Source: Lama glama
Taxonomy: Eukaryota
Assembly (NCBI GenBank): GCA_028534125.1
Contig: CM052817.1
Coordinates: 69,690,001 to 69,754,000 of the forward strand
Direction of reading: 5' to 3'
DNA: 64,000 nt
Shown: piece after piece, positions 10,670 through 24,369 of the stretch
Numbering within the stretch: position 1 is the first letter of the stretch
Layout of the letters: the number at the start of each line of letters is the position of its first letter
Made by a program: the position numbers and the translations under genes
The notes under the pieces: generated by a model
What the model was told of the DNA's origin: nothing
Databases searched by the model: none
The model's input: the letters and a program-made list of their open reading frames with translations, nothing else

Positions 10670-12419
10670 CAAAACAAAAAAGGTAATTAAAAAGAAGTAC
10701 TAATGGAAGAACCAGGACATTCCCTACTACTTTTCCTGAGGAGTAAGTTTGGGAAGACACTTCAACTTATATTCGGACTTACATTAATACCTTCAGTAGA
10801 GGAAAAAAGCAGAGTCAGATATGTGTCTCAAAGTTAGATGATGTCATGAAAGGCCTGAGGGCCACTACTCAAGCAGCCCCTCTGGGTTCTGAGAATCTAG
10901 AAAGAATTATTCTCCTACAGTTTTCCAACACTCTGTTCCCTCAAAGATGGAACAGCGCTGGCTAAATCATGTACCATAATAAGGCTCCTCCGACCAGTAT
11001 ATTCAAGGCCTTTGATCTCTCTCATGATATACTCAAGAATAAATAAGAGTAAACATGAAGGAAAAAGAGATCATAAAATTAAAAGACATAAAAGAAATAA
11101 ACACCGCATGCTCCCACACCAAGTTCAGCTAGCTTGTCCCTGGAGGGCAGGTGTAAAGGGCACTTTCTAGAGGCCCTTTGTCCCTTGAGCTGTCCCACGG
11201 CTCACAGGAAAGTCCCACGGCTCACAGGAAAGTGGGAAGCACGTGTGTGAAACACAAACCCTGCACAGCCCAGGGCATTTCATCAACCCTCCAGACCTCC
11301 CTCTCCAACTAAACAAACATCCAGCAGGCACCCACAGCCAAAGGCTATTTGTTGTGTTTACTAATGGTAAACACTACATGAGGATATGAAAGAAAAATGG
11401 TGAAGGAAGAGAGACAGCTTCCACCAGCTGCCTTTCTTTCCTCTTTGCAGATGTAAATACTACATAACCGTGAATTAATGAGGCAGATTATTTCCCATAA
11501 ACCCAAGCTAAAGAGGGCATGTCTTAAATTTTGCCAAGGGGGGCCAAAGAGGTGATACATAAACATACATAATTCATACATCATACTTGATTTCACTGTG
11601 CACCTAAAGAGAAAAATCACATAATAGAAGACTCTTCTTAAAATCTAGCAAAAGAAATAGTTTAAGATAGCCCATTTTGTGCCTCCTAACTCCAGGAGTT
11701 ATTTTTAATATATTTATTTTAAACTACAAAATAGCAGTAAAGAGAATATGGAAATGAGAAAAACAAATCACACTATATATGGTTATCACTGTCATTTTTA
11801 TATATTCCCTTCCAAAAAAGACAACCCACAATTATCTTTACCAATAGGCATACTGCAGGGCAACTGGTAGTTTCAGCAGCCTATACAAAGCCTATTACTC
11901 CATCAACTAGAAAATAAAAATTCAGTATCAGCTTTTCTGGAAGAGCAACATGAAGCGCATTATGTGAACTGAACACACCCCCTAAATGTTCAATTAACTT
12001 CTTGGACGTGTGAAGCTCTTAAAGGTGCCTTGAGGCATAAATTATTTTGCAGCTGCAAAAATGTGTCAGCCCTCCACTCTAGGAACAAACGCTAAAATTA
12101 AGTTACACATACACTCAGGCATTCGTTAGTGCTTTTGTGAGAAACAGTATGATAAAATTTCATAAAATACACTTGAAATATTTACATTAATCACAAAATA
12201 CTAAAGGCACAATATCCTAAACCCAAAAAGAGATATAGGAAAGCAACAGAGGTCTATAGCTCAGTTATTTCTGATTTTTGTACCTAAGATCTGAGTTCAA
12301 TTCTAACCATGCAACCTCAAGCAGATTACCTAACATTTCGCAACTTGTCTCCTTCTCAGCCGTTTAACAACAACAACAACAATTATATATAGTTCAGGGA
12401 TGTTGTGACAAATGACTTA

Positions 12420-12870
12420 AGTATGTGAACTGTGAGGGCTCACATTTACAGGATGCTAACACCACCAGCAATGTCCTAGGGACTTCATATGAATTAGTTC
12501 GTTTAATCTTCATGCAATCCTACCTATGAAGGTAGAAGAAACAATTTCTATTCTCCTTTAACAGATGAGGAAATTGAGGCTCAGGAGAAGTTAATAACTT
12601 GCCCCAAATCCCTGCTATACTGTCTTCCAATGCACTTAACACAATAAATATTCAATGAATAATAATTAGTATGCTTGCTCCATGCCAGAAACTATTCTAA
12701 GGACTCTACATGTATTAATAGAATCCTCAGTACAATTCTGAGACAGGTACTATTATTAATTCCCATTTCATAGATGAGAGCATTAAAGCCAGAGAAATTA
12801 GGTTATTTTTTCCAAGGTCATATACTTAATTGATAAGTATCAGAACTGGGATTCAACTGAGGTCCCAATA
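12420..12870 (-). mobile_element. Two adjacent MIR SINEs
   Basis: MIR core ACAGATGAGGAAATTGAGGCTCAG..TAACTTGCCC and CCCATTTCATAGATGAG..CCAAGGTCA. Confidence 0.7.
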
Positions 12871-14493
12871 CTATTATTCTCCAAAAAAAAAAAAAACCCA
12901 CAAATATCTTTACTGTTTCTCCCATGAAAACTAAGTCATGAAACATTCTGTCACGCAAATTACTTTATTTTCATGATTTTATTAAACATTTACAATTCCC
13001 AGGTTTCTCATCAGCATGTGATCTTTCTGTGTTAATAACTACATAAAACTTCCTTTGCCATCTCTGAAGCAGATATTATTGCAAGGATGGGATGTCTTTT
13101 TTGTGTTGTGGTGGGTGTTGACTCCTCTCCCCCCTCCCACCACTTACTGCTAATACTTGTCAACAATCTTAGAGGGTCAGAGGAGTGCACCCAACAGACT
13201 AAGTCTTTTGATCTCTGATGGATGGATTCAACAGGGCATGTTTAGCTGGTTTCTTAAGCCAGCATCACTATTGTCAGCTCCAAATATTAATGAAGAGCAG
13301 CAGTGCACACTAAGCCTCTCCAGGCACAAGGAGGGGGGGTCTGTTTCCCCCTTGTCTCCATCCTGGAATCCCCCCCTTCTCCAGAATGCCACCACACTGG
13401 CGGGTTACTCGGATGTGTAAATCTGCTCCCCCTGAAAAGACTTTGTTCAAAGTGAGAACTGAGAACCAACAAATATTTCTATATATCATGTCTAGAGGTT
13501 CCTGCCAACTACACTCTAAGTTAAAAACCAAACGTACAATTTGTGAGCAAATCTAAGTGTCTCCAAGAAAACTAGTTTGAACACGAAAGAGTAGTATCTA
13601 TACTATAAGCCCAATCAAATTATTTTTTTAAATGTTTTGTGCACTAATAATGCCATCGTTTTAGGCTAAATGCATTTTTAGTCATGTACTGCTTTATATG
13701 CATGAACATAGAGGCTATAATCACTTTCTTTTCAAGAAAGGAGGACTTTTTTCTTATTTTGAGAAAATAATTGTTTATTATTTAAAATTTTAATAATTAC
13801 AATATTTAAAATTAAAATTTCACTAAAATTATTTAAGTATAAATTTTTTTCATTAAAAGCATTTCACAAAAGTCTTCCCTTTTCAAAACTGACATCCAGC
13901 AATTATTTAAAAATGAATTTTAGCCTCGTAACTTAGACATAAAATACTTCTGATGCCTAAGCAGTGGCAAAATAAAGGTTCAAGAGGTCGCTACTGTTTT
14001 TCTCTTCTAAAAAGGTACATAAATTGAATATTTTTGACATTAACACAAACCTAAAATGAGTCAACAGGAACATGAAGCATGTGCTCAGAGGAAGTGAGTT
14101 CTCTGTAGATTTTTTGTCTAGAGAGAAGATAACTCTATCATGAAGACAGAAAGAACTTGTAAAATGCTGACAGAGCCAATTCCTAGCACATTCTACTGAG
14201 AAATATATTTAGCTTCCAAAACTACTACCGAACAACTATCAGGATCAAAACCACCTCAAAGTGAGACAAGATATCTGGACAACAGAACGTGAAGTCCCTG
14301 CCATACGAGCTACACATCTTACTGGGGATTCATTAGGATTCCCAGAGACACAGTCAGCTATTACAAAACAATGTGCTCTTCTGTAACCAGTATGTAAAAA
14401 GCCCTGTATTTCAGGAAATTTCCTTTAAAACAAAAATGCATCACTAGCCAGGTCAGGAGCGAGTGCTTACATACCTAACCTTTCACTTACAAT

Positions 14494-14621
14494 ATTTTTA
14501 TTAATTTTTTTGAGGGGGAGATAATTAGGTTTATTTATTTTTTAATGGGGATACTGTGGATTGAACCCAGGACCTCTTGCATGCTAAGCACATACTCTAT
14601 CACTGAGCTGTACCCTCTCCC
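14494..14621 (-). mobile_element. Vic-1-type SINE (reverse orientation)
   Basis: Plus strand reads GGATTGAACCCAGGACC...CACTGAGCTGTACCCTC, the reverse complement of the B and A boxes. T-rich tail to the left. Degenerate TSD TCACTTACAAT/TCACCTCCAAT. Confidence 0.8.
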
Positions 14622-14886
14622 TCACCTCCAATCTTAAACCCTTCAAAATCACCCAGAATTTAAAGAGTAAAGGGGAAACAGGGATGCTCCTAGTTCTCCT
14701 GAATAGGCGATCAATAAACAATTCACACACTACCATTAATGACATAGGTCTAGAAATATTCAAATAATAATTTAATTTTAAAATGTAGCACAGATAAACT
14801 TTTTTTTTTTTTGCCTGACTGAGATCTAACATGCGTTGTATCCATACCTTTGTTCAAAGAGTCCACTGTTTTTTCCTGGGAACTAG

Positions 14887-15393
14887 TGTAAACAAAAAAC
14901 ACTGCTAGCCATATCAGTAAACAAAGAATGCTGAAGCCATCAAGTCATCAGCTGCTGCTGCCACCACCAAACGTGAGCTCAGGATGCAGGTAGGCAGACA
15001 GCCCAGCCTCTGCAGCCACCCTCAACGCTGCCCTGAGAGAACTCATAATGTGAAAGCACAGGATACTGGTCCTAGATAGCGAGGTGCTTATCAATGGAAT
15101 GATTTCAGTGAGCCCAGACATTTGCTCCTTCCCATAAACAGAAAAACGCTAAATTCTTTAACTTGAGATGTCTAGTTTTCTTTAATTAACAGTTGTCTTT
15201 TGATGTTCCGACACCTGGTTTTTGTTGTACAGCTCCTGTATATCCTGGCTCCTCCTCTACCTCTTTGGAGTAGTCCGTCAGAGTGATCTGGGAGGCTGTC
15301 ACCACGAACTTAAGGGGTTCAAGTCCTCAGAAACGTCCACCGAATAAAATATAACTCTCAGCCTTTGAGTTCTGCAAATTATTTCAGTTGACA
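14887..15393 (+). mobile_element. Solo ERV LTR (4-bp TSD, ERV1-like)
   Basis: TG...CA termini, TSD CTAG on both sides, AATAAA near the 3' end (~15343). Confidence 0.75.
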
Positions 15394-16229
15394 CTAGCAG
15401 GCGGAACAAACAACATTCATTACCTGAAAATAGTAGTTCTTGCCTTCTCTTAACCTTCCTAAAGAACTGTGAACATGTTAACATAGTGACTTCATATTAA
15501 AATTTTTTCCTTCAAGTATTTTCTGTACTTTTTTCTTGAGCCAAATCTGCCCAACAGATTTGAACATCAGAGCTCAATCATATTTCTATGTAACTGTAAA
15601 ATTTCTATTATCTAAATGACATGCATCCAAAGCATGAACACCAAATGACATTCTGGCATCACTTTAAAAACTGAGTTGCAAAGTCTGGTTTTAAGTACAG
15701 TATAAAATCCATTTAGAGCACTAAAGCACCATTTCATAAAAAGACAAACCTTTAAATAATTTATAGCACTAGTAAATCTAGAGTTCCTAGTAGATTTTAA
15801 AACAGTATTTAAAATATCACGTTAGATTAAAACCATCAGCAAGAAGCCTATTTCCTTATGTCATAACATGCCAAGTTAAACTGTAATACCAGCAGGCCAT
15901 CTAGTGACCATTCAAGGGTTAGGAAAAAAACTTACATTAAAAACAAAAAATCCTCAGTATTCTCCAGTGTCTTCTATTTTCTCAAACAAAAATGTGCCAA
16001 CTGAAGCACCTTAAGAAAATAAACATACTCTGAAAAAATACTGAGAAATTAAGTATTTATATAAATGACCACATTGGCAATTAAACTATATAGACCAGAT
16101 CAAAAAGATAAAAAAGACAATCCAGAGATGACAGAATCAAAGAAACCCATCATCCTAGAACACCCATGACAGAGCACACTAAAAATATTTTTTTCTTGGA
16201 CAGTGAAAACCAGTTCTGCATCTCAGTAA

Positions 16230-16684
16230 TGATGAAATAAAAATTAGAATTCTAGGGCAAGTCAAGGAAAATTTAAACATAAAAATTTTTCTCTGCCCTT
16301 TGGCCTCCTCTCTGTTCTACTGCTCACTGCGCATCTGCCTTATGCATCGACCAAACCTTCCTCATAAACACCTGCTCAACCATAAACAGCAACATCCTCC
16401 TAGCATCAGCAAGACAACTCCTTAAAAGATAACTTCTTAATCTTGTAAGGGGTCATGACGACCCACCACTTTGTAAAGATCTGCACTGTGAAAACTCTCT
16501 ACATAATTTAATGTATAGGCTTCCATCTCAAAAACTATGTAATTGTGCTTTGACCTTTAACAAGCGGGAATAGTCCTCAGAGCTTTCCGAAAGGCTGTTC
16601 CTGGACTATAACCCTCAATTTGGCTCACAAAAAATTTTCCATTTCTTTCTTAGATCGACCTATCAGTCAATTTTTTTGTTGACA
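16230..16684 (+). mobile_element. Solo ERV LTR (4-bp TSD, ERV1-like)
   Basis: TG...GTTGACA termini, TSD GTAA on both sides. 3' end resembles that of the 14887 LTR. Confidence 0.7.
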
Positions 16685-16862
16685 GTAAAGAATGTTAAAG
16701 AATCAATACCTGGTATAATTTATTTCAAAAGAGTCTCTCCAAAGTAATACCAAGCGTCAGACAGAAAAAATTCCATTTATTACCATGGAAGCAGCACTTC
16801 TCAAACACCTGCATACTCTAGAAAGTCCCAAAGCATACTCTCCCTTTGCTCTATTAAAAAGC

Positions 16863-17600
16863 TGTGGTACAATGGGAGGTACATATTTGGTTTTTGTCTC
16901 TGGTTCCTGGAACCAGAGCTCTTAAACCCTTGGAATCTCCTGAGTGATAAGAGTATCTTTGGTTTGACAATGATACGACTCCAGCCTTAGGGGCTTGTCC
17001 AGAAAAACCTAGCCTTAATTAGAGGGTTGGAACTTTTGGTTCCACCCCTAGACCTCTAGGCTGGGGAAGGGGCTGGAAATGGAGCTCAATCACCATGAAT
17101 CAAAGATTTGATAGGTCCTGCCTACACAATAAAAACCTTCATAAAACTCCCCCAAAGGACAGGTTCAGAGTGCTTCTGTGTTGATGAATATGCTGAAGAT
17201 GGGGTGTTCAGAGAGGGCATGGGAGCCCCTGCCTCTCCCTATCCCTCCCCACTCATACATCTCTTCCACTTGGCTGTTTCTGGGCTGTATCCTTTACAAA
17301 AAAAAAAAAACTGGTAATTGTAAGTACAGTGCTTTCTGTGAGCTGAAATCTTGAACCTGGGCTGGGGTGGGAGGTGGGAGAATTCTTGAACTTGCCGTCA
17401 GCCAGACAGAAATACAGGTAGCCTGGTCACCCTATCTGTAGTTGGCATCTGAAGAAGAGGCAGTCTTGTGAGACCGAGCCCCTAGCCTGCAGGGTGTAAG
17501 CAACTTCTGGATAGTTAGTGTCAGAACTGAACTGAATTGCTGAACACCCAGTCGCTGTCAGAGAATCAAAGAATTGGTTGGTGTAAAGAAAAAACCCTCA
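16863..17600 (+). mobile_element. MER21-like LTR
   Basis: TGTGG...ATATTTGGT...CTTGGAATCTCCTGAGTGATAAG start and GAATTGGTTGGTGT...AAAAAACCC end resemble the recalled MER21 consensus. Confidence 0.65.
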
Positions 17601-20600
17601 GAAGTCTAACAAACTGAGCCTGAAGAAGAGAAAAAATTCACTGACCTTTATTATTTTAGAAACAAAGTTTCCATTATAGGTGGCATAATAACCCAAGTCA
17701 CTCACTCACCACTTAGATTTAGGTTTTAGAACTTAAGTAAATCATAGCTCATCTGGCAAAATGTGTCTCAGCCTTCCAAGGTAAATTAGATAGCCTCCAC
17801 ATACTTTTATTACACACTACAAAGAACATTTCACACTAACCAGGGGCAGACATGGGCAGTTTATTTCTTTACAGTAAACATTCCTTCCAGTCCAGACAGT
17901 GTTGTCTTTGATCTGTTCTGAAGTGTTCTAAAAATACTAAACCTTTAAGGTCCATTCCTCTCGATTTGTTAATCCCAACTCCACTTAGGAAACAAGGGTC
18001 ATGGATTGTGAAAGCGTGTCAGAGCAAAGATTCAATTTTGAGCAATAAACTAGAAATAGAATCTAGATGGTGTTAGGAAAGACAGTATCATATAAAGAGA
18101 GCACGTAGGCTGTTGAATCCAGCAGACTGTGTCTAAGTACCCTTGACTCAACTATCCCGGGACAAACAACTTCACTTCCCTGAATCTGTTTCCTCACCAG
18201 TCAAGTAAGGAAAATTATAATTACTTCTCAGAACTTTAACACAGATTAACTGCAAAGATGCTACTGAAGTGACTACCAAAGACTGCACATGTCAGAGTCC
18301 AGCTGATGGGCTTCTTGTGGCAGGTTTCCATCTGTGCCCAGGCCACTCCCTCCCAGCACTTACAAAGGTGCCCTGGCACAGAATGTTGGCCAGCTCAGAA
18401 CCTCCACCCTTCACATCCCTGCTCAAAACACACACTACAAAGCAATGGAGCTTTGGTTACTGCTCCTCGCTTTAAAACACCACTGCACTGGACATCTTCA
18501 TCCCCCTCCGCTCCTCACTCTGTGTTTGTGAGATTAGCTCTACAATGTGAGCTCACATAACCCACCTTTGGAAAACCTAACAAACGCCTTTGTGATGACA
18601 ATGAAGCTGAATTGCACTGGATCACTAGGGAGGAGTTTATTACGAAAAGTGCACTTTACACTAAGCCACCTCACGCTCAGGGTGCAGCAGGCAAAGGAAC
18701 TCCAAGTATCACCAAGTAACCATGAACTCTGAGCTGAACATCAAGTAGTCACTGGTCTCCCCATGCTCATCTGAGATTCAACTTAGTGAGAAAATCAATC
18801 AAAGGAGAATAAATGCCAGAACAGAAGTAGTTGTGTTTGTATTTGTTCCTTCAATTATATTTTTAAATTCCACATCATGTTATTAAAAAAATGAATTATA
18901 AAGTCATTCTAGTCTATAAGTATAAATAATGGTTGTAAGAATCAAAAATTAAGGTCCATGAGGCAGGAATTTGTATTGTTTAATTCACCGCCACATTTAG
19001 TGTTTGACAACAGTGCCTAGTATGTATGGCACTAAGTATCTGTTAAATTAACTAACAGGATCATACAAGTACAACACAGAAATATGTACTTTCAATGGGA
19101 AGTGAAGTCACTTACTTAAGAAAGTATGTAGTTGAAATCTTTTCCCCCAAAAAAGGGTGGTACCCAAAAAAGCAAACACATTAAGGAGGTGTTTGCATTT
19201 CTTTGTCACCACCCAGCTTTAGGATAAAAAAATTTTTCAAAAGAAAATTTCTCTCTTTTAAACTAATATAACCAGAATACCTTTCTGGTTGTAAACTGAA
19301 TTATATTGTACCTGGGGTGTGAGGAGAATCCTAGGTATAGAATCCAATATGTCCATGAGCAAGTGAGCTAATATCTCTGAAATACTTTGTAGGTTTACTG
19401 TGAGAATAAAATGAGACAATATATATAAAGTATTCAGCGCAAAGATCAAGTGGGGAAGCTACCATAGTAATTCAAGTGAGAGGTGGTTAGAAGCTAAAGT
19501 AGGAGAAAGACCACTGGCCCCTCGGTTCTAACAATCAAAACAAATATTTTAAAGGACACAAAGACCCACATATATGTCCCTTGTAAGTGTTCACTAAATG
19601 TTAGTTTCTTTATCTATCTCTTTTTCAAAACACTGAATGAAATTGTCTAATTATCAGATTGTCTAGCAAGTGTAACACAGACTAATACCTGTATAAAAGG
19701 AAGAATAATAGGTATAATCATTAATTAAGAGCAAACAAATTAGGAGCAAAGCATTAATTAAGACCAGAGACTACTAGGTAAGTAACAGCATTACAAAAAC
19801 AAACAAACACCATGGTGAAAAACATAAGGACAATAATAAGAAAAAATGCAGCCTGGAAACAAACTACAGAGAACCTTGAACACAAATTACCTTAATTCTA
19901 TAAACAATGGGAAAATCAATAAATGTTTTGGAGTAAAAAAAAGCAAAGAACCAGACTACACTTTAGAAAGATGATTCTGCCAACAATACAGAATGGAATA
20001 AAAGGCATACAGAACTGGAGATGCGGTGACCAGTCGAGCAGTTTGAGTCTAAAATTGTACAGTGATGGTCAACTCTCAATTTTTACCATTACAAGGTGGG
20101 GAAAAAAGCAAAGTCCTGTGCATAACAGACACCACATGAGTCTGTATTTTCATTTTACACAATCATGGTTAAAAACAAGTCTAAATACTATGTGGGATCC
20201 TATAACAGGAAAAGACATTAGTGGAAAAACTTGTGAAATCCAAGTAAGATTGTGATTTAGTACCAAGGCTAATTTCTCAGTTTTGAGAAATGGTCTATGG
20301 TCATGTAAGTTATTAACCTAAGAGGAAGCTGGGTGAAAGAAAGACAAGAACTCACTGTACTACCATAGACTTACAGAAGAGTTGCGAAATTTTCTCAAAA
20401 TAAATGTTTTTAAAAAACAACAAAATCACCTGACCATTGCAAAAAAGAAAAACAAAATAAAATAAAAAGTTTAAAAATATCCTCTATGCAGGTAAAGTGC
20501 CATACCCAAAGGATGCTTTTCTGAGCCCCAAAGAAGTGGTTAGAAATTGCAGGAAAAAGGAAGGGAAGGAGAGGATACCTATTACACATTAAGTTTAACA

Positions 20601-20969
20601 GTCCTTTCTAAGCGTCTGAACCATATGGAGTCATCCATAAAGACATAAATGGCTTCAGATTCATGAGCCCCCTTAAATTATACGAGAATATGTATTTTTC
20701 TGAGTTTTGTATAGTCACTAATTAGATATAAAATTAGATAATCCAAATTAACAGAAAATAAAACTATGTATAACTTTCTACCATTGATATGACAAATCTC
20801 TAATTAAACATACATTCAATGCAGTAAAAATGCAAACAGAACTACAATCAAAATTAAAAGGAAAAATACTAAAAACACAGTTTTAATGAAAGTGACAGAA
20901 TATTTATTAATTTCATGAGAAAACTAAAGAACCTCAACAGAGCAGAGTAAGGATAGACAATTCACTGTA

Positions 20970-22980
20970 AATGAAACACAGGGATTCCACAATAGAACAC
21001 CACCTAACAAGAGGGAAGCCCAGCGAATCCAGGAAACCAAACTTCCCTGAGCCCATCACAGAGCTGAGGTCCTAACGAAGTAACATGAACTGCTTCCAAA
21101 GAGTGACAAGTCTCACTAAGAGAAGTCAAGACACATGACCTACTTCCCTTTAGTAAAGCATGGGAGGAAAGGGTGGCTACAATAAAGGCAGGAAGAAGAA
21201 AACTGCCTTAAAGTTTGCAAAACTCTTACAGGCTGAGTGTGGACTAGCATGACAGGTTAGTATCACTGGCACCCAGACACAGGAGTTCTGCACACACTTA
21301 CAAGCAGGCCGACAACAGATACGGAGAAGAAAGATCAGAAGCAGGTCCAAGGACTACAGAGAGCACTCCCTCGGTGGTGCACAGGCTCAAAGCTCTGCCC
21401 ACTCTCTGCATCACTTAAGCCTTAAGCTGATGGGGGAGGGCAGGAACCCCTCCCAGAGTCCACTGTCTCTGAGGAGAGGGTACAAGCAAATATGGTCTGC
21501 TGAAGGAAGGTGGAGGAAACACTGTTGGCCCAGGATTCTGAACTGATCAAAAACAAGGATCTGCTAGCACAAGTGAGGAGCAAAAAAACTCACCCTCCAA
21601 GACCTCCCAGGATCCAAGCAGAGGCTGCCTAATATGCGGGAAGGGAAGGTACATTGAGAAAGACCATATCAAGACTCAGGAGCTTAGGTCTTCCTAAGCT
21701 TCAAACTGGACTGGCAGAACTGAGAACCACCACTGCTCCCCTATCATGAGCCTAGCACCAACAAATAATCAACAGCAGTTCACTGCCGAGAGAGGAGCAA
21801 GAGCCTGGAGAGAGATCCCTTCCACAGGGCAGGTACGCAGGGAAAGCTGACAGCTGAGGGTTGAGTAGAAACTCTGGGGAAAACTCTCCAGCAGCAGATC
21901 CCACACTAAACACAAGGTAGAACAGCCCATCACTGGAGAAGCTTGAAGCTGGCGGTGCATTAAGAGTAACCACAGAATAAGGAAACCCAAACCCAGCTAA
22001 GCTATTGACTAAATTAACTCATTACACTAACAGTATGACAGAAAAAAAGAAAATAAATGCCCAAAGCATAACTACTAATTACCTCAAAAATCTCTATTGT
22101 TTGTCCAGACACAACATGCAGCATTCAAAAAAAAAAATTACATTATACTAAAAAGAGCAAGAAACACCACCACTGTTAAGAAATTCAGCAAGATCCAGAA
22201 ATGACCCAGAGGTAAGAACTGTCAGTCAGGGCTTTAAAATTACAATTACTATGTTAAGAGATCTAATGCAAAAGTGGAAAATGTTCATAAAAAGACAGAA
22301 GATTTCAACAGAGAAGTGGACACTATATTAAAATTTTTAAGTCAGCCAAATGGTAATAGAATTTTTTTAATTATCAGAGTTTTAAAATTCTCTCTCATGG
22401 GCAAATCAATATATTGGATGCAGCTTAGGAATCAGTAAACTTAAAAATAAGTGAAGATAAATTACTAAAGCTAAAAAGTTAAAACAAAAAAGAGTGAAAG
22501 GACAAGTATCTTTTGGCTGTGGGACAATATTATATTGTCTAGCATATATGTAACTGGAGTTCCAGAAGAAGGAGGGAGAACAGGGCAAAAGAAATATCTG
22601 AAGAGATAACGGACAAGAGTTTTCAAAAACCAATAAAAAAGCAAACCACCAACCCAAGAAAATCAAAGAACTCTAAACTGAAAGAAACAGACCTAAATAT
22701 TCTGAAAGACGTAGATCTATACTAAAACTGCTAAAAAACAGAGATTAAGGGAAAATGTTGAATTCAAGCAGGAAAGAAAAAGTTACAAAGAGAAAAAGAA
22801 AACACTACAAAGAGAGGGACAAAAAAAAAAGAATTAAATCAGACTTCTCTCTTCAGAAACAATGAAAACAAAAGGACTATGGAGCACCTTTAAAGTACTA
22901 AAAGAAAAAAAAAACCTGTCAATCCAGAATTCTATGACAGTGAAAATATCTTTTTAAAATAAAGAAACAGATGAGAAAGA
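20970..22980 (+). mobile_element. Old L1 5'UTR/ORF1-region fragment
   Basis: A-rich ORF1-like motifs (TAACTGGAGTTCCAGAAGAAGG, TCAGACTTCTC, TCAATCCAGAATTCTAT). Confidence 0.6.
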
Positions 22981-24369
22981 TCTGATATAAAACCTCTCCA
23001 AACTCAATCCTCTGTGCCTCCCAGTATGCTATGTACACACTGAATCTGGTTTATAAGATAACTTCTTGGAGTTTATACTCTAACTTCTGTGTCTATCACC
23101 TACAACCTAAATCCCTCAAGGACAAACACAGCTGGTTATCTCTGTAGTGCCAGTACCCTGGACTGTGACTAACTACAGTCATGGGCTTTTAACAGATGTC
23201 TGGTTGATAATGGATGATGAAAGAACAGATAAAGCAGATGAGAAGGAAGGCCAGAGGCAGAGCAATAGGACTAGCACAAGAGCTCAGAAGCTGGTTAATA
23301 GAAAACCTATTAACCAACAGAAAAAAGAACAGCAGAAAGATGAAGTACAAAATCTCCTGGGATGAGGTCTTATCGTCCTGCAGATAGTACATCAGTAGAG
23401 ACAAACATCAGAGCAGGGTAGTTATCAATTCATTTTATCTCTATTTGTTGAGTTAAAAGGTTTAGATAAGGGAAATAAATTAAGAAGTTGGGTCCCCGGT
23501 TAATTATCAGCAGACATATTATAATGTGGAAACATTCAAAGGCTAAACATTTGTAATATATTCAGACATAGGTTTTCTTTTAACTGTATGTCTAATATAT
23601 CCAGTAAGAGATATTAGATGAAAAGGGTTTATGGTACTAGAATTTTAAAAATCAGGAGGAGGCTGGGACACCATAAGTCACAGTTAGGACAGAATTAGGA
23701 GCACCAGTGCATCACTGAAGGTGTCACTGCTGTATCAGGAGTCCCTGCATGGCACTGATCAGCAAAGGGAGGGACACCATGATGGGGAGAGAAGAACTAC
23801 TCACCCACATGAAGGCCAGATCCTCTCCAGCTAAGTGAGCAAGTGACCCTCTACTGGAACGAACAGGAGACATATGGAAAAAGGAGCCAAGAAGGAAAGA
23901 AAAGTAACTTCTAAAAACAGATTAAACTAAACTCTGAGAGAGACTCATGTACCTAGTGGTCCTGAGTACTCTGGGTAACATTATGCCTCTTTTATGTTTC
24001 CATCTGCTAAGGAAGCAGAGAAAGGACCTTAGCCCTAGAACCTTTCCCTCCCTAAAATTCAATCATAAGATGTCATCAAGTTATCAGAGGGAAAATCTGT
24101 GCAGTCTCTATGAAAAGTTAACAACATTATACAATTCAACTTAAAAATATATTGATGCCAAGCTGTAGAGCTGAATAATCAAGGTTGAATTTTCTCTACT
24201 ATGTATTAATCTGTTAAAATTATCAGAAGATTATTTGTCTCTGAAGCCTCCTGTGGTTTACACTGACTGGGGTATTTCATATGTGGTACATATATGATGC
24301 CCCCACAACACCTAACACAGCGACATACATGCACAGAAAGCTGTTAGCACCATAAAGAATTTAAAATAC

